From: Promethearchaeota archaeon
GTDB taxonomy: Archaea; Asgardarchaeota; Lokiarchaeia; Sigyniarchaeales; SOKP01
Assembly: GCA_019058295.1 (NCBI GenBank)
Contig: JAHPZI010000020.1
Span: 42,632-92,155, forward strand
Direction: 5' to 3'
DNA: 49,524 nt
Shown: positions 48,573-49,524 of the stretch, one piece after another
Layout of the letters: each line of letters begins with the position of its first letter
Numbering within the stretch: position 1 is the stretch's first letter
Position numbers and translations under genes: made by a program
Notes under the pieces: generated by a model
Databases searched by the model: none
Seen by the model: the letters and a program-made list of their open reading frames with translations, nothing else
What the model was told of the DNA's origin: nothing

Positions 48573-49424
48573 ATGAATATCTGGATTCTAGACAGTGAAT
48601 CGGGCATTAAATTGCTGTATAAGTCATTCCTAAGAACAAATATTGATGAATATCTAGTATCTGGTTTATTATCGGCTTTTAATCAATTTACTATGACTGA
48701 ATTTCACCAACCCATCGAATCACTCGAAATGGGCGGATTTAGATGGATCTACTTATTAGAGCCCGACTGTAATTTGTTATTTGTTGTAGCTGATGCGAAA
48801 AATGTAAGTACTGAAAAAATCAAAAGTAAATTAAATGTTATTAAAAATTCTTTTATCAATGATTATAAACATGTTTGGTTAAAAAGAGGAAAGACTTGGA
48901 CCGGTGATATCAATGTTTTTTTACCATTTATGGAGGTAATTGAAAATTATTATTATGAATGGGAAGATGCTGAAATCGTATTACAACTAGCGGATTTCTT
49001 TGAGCTTTTAGGAATTTTTCAACAATTATTTAATTTAATAAATACAACCATAAAAATTAAGATACAGGAGGAAAAAAGAGAAAATTTATATAACCGCATT
49101 GAAGCTCTTTTTGAAAATTTTAAAAATCGTGAAGATATAAAAGATGATATTGAGTTAATGAAATTTTCATTTTCAAGAGAATCAGGTTTTGCTATTATGG
49201 ATATCGATCATACTGCCTGCGATCCGATAATGGTTAGAGATACATTAATTAAATTTGTTGTGGATGTTACAGATATCATTAAACAAGAAGTGGGAGAAGA
49301 TTTAAGTTTAAAATATTACCGCGAAGGTAATATATATCATTATATTTTTAGTAACTTGAAAAAATTAAAAAGCCTTAATTTAGATATGCTTTTTATAAAG
49401 CTCTTTTTATTAATAGAGTTCTGA
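48573..49424 (+). CDS. Longin-like domain protein (Asgard eukaryotic-signature type) with helical C-terminal domain
   Basis: IWILD..SGI.L...IDEYLVSGLLSAFNQF...IES.EMGG...LLFVV...I...L..I...F pattern typical of longin/roadblock-like domains. Confidence 0.6.
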   Translation: MNIWILDSESGIKLLYKSFLRTNIDEYLVSGLLSAFNQFTMTEFHQPIESLEMGGFRWIYLLEPDCNLLFVVADAKNVSTEKIKSKLNVIKNSFINDYKHVWLKRGKTWTGDINVFLPFMEVIENYYYEWEDAEIVLQLADFFELLGIFQQLFNLINTTIKIKIQEEKRENLYNRIEALFENFKNREDIKDDIELMKFSFSRESGFAIMDIDHTACDPIMVRDTLIKFVVDVTDIIKQEVGEDLSLKYYREGNIYHYIFSNLKKLKSLNLDMLFIKLFLLIEF

Positions 49425-49473
49425 AAAGAAGCTATTGAAATGGATAAATATATAGAAAAAAAATTTTTTAAAT

Positions 49474-49524
49474 TTAAAATTCATTTGGCATTTTCTTAAG
49501 CTCTGCGAGAGAGAACACAGGTCC
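49474..49524 (-). CDS. 3' end of a partial CDS, probably FAD/NAD-binding [2Fe-2S] electron-transfer subunit (AsrB/sulfhydrogenase gamma/PyrK-like)
   Basis: Minus strand reads GPVFSLAELKKMPNEF*; (D)GPVF near the C-terminus is characteristic of that family. Only 16 codons visible. Confidence 0.5.
   Translation of the reverse strand, partial: GPVFSLAELKKMPNEF

Noticed and set aside
49495-49524. GC-richer end of window as a structural RNA
   Set aside because: Better explained as the coding 3' end GPVFSLAELKKMPNEF* on the minus strand.

Overview
AT-rich archaeal window, most likely Asgard/Lokiarchaeia. This rests on a Rab-like small GTPase, a longin-like protein, Zn-ribbon hypotheticals of a type I associate with Lokiarchaeia, and AGGTGA Shine-Dalgarno sites. 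I see no rRNA, tRNA, CRISPR array or transposase. The left end holds a secreted beta-helix protein whose coils alternate with PGRS-like glycine-rich loops; it has a 1-bp frameshift at ~569 and continues off the window. About 4.2-34.8 kb is a paralog-rich anaerobic redox/catabolic cluster. It contains three FAD-oxidoreductase + HdrD-like cassettes, two further HdrD-like CCG proteins, five 2-hydroxyacyl-CoA dehydratase/benzoyl-CoA reductase-family subunits with no activator ATPase, a truncated acetyl-CoA synthase (CdhC) domain coupled to a CooC-type ATPase, a polyferredoxin, a radical SAM/SPASM enzyme, a ureohydrolase, a D-aminoacylase, a saccharopine dehydrogenase-like enzyme and an ADP-forming acyl-CoA synthetase alpha subunit. 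A large Ig-repeat surface protein interrupts the cluster. The right part holds eukaryotic-signature genes, a CarH-like B12-binding protein with a LolDE/MacB-type ABC transporter, an adenylate-forming enzyme, uvsE, two membrane left-handed beta-helix acyltransferase-like genes and a class II ribonucleotide reductase. Several genes appear to start at ATA/ATT/ACG. All family assignments come from motif recognition by eye; no searches were run.
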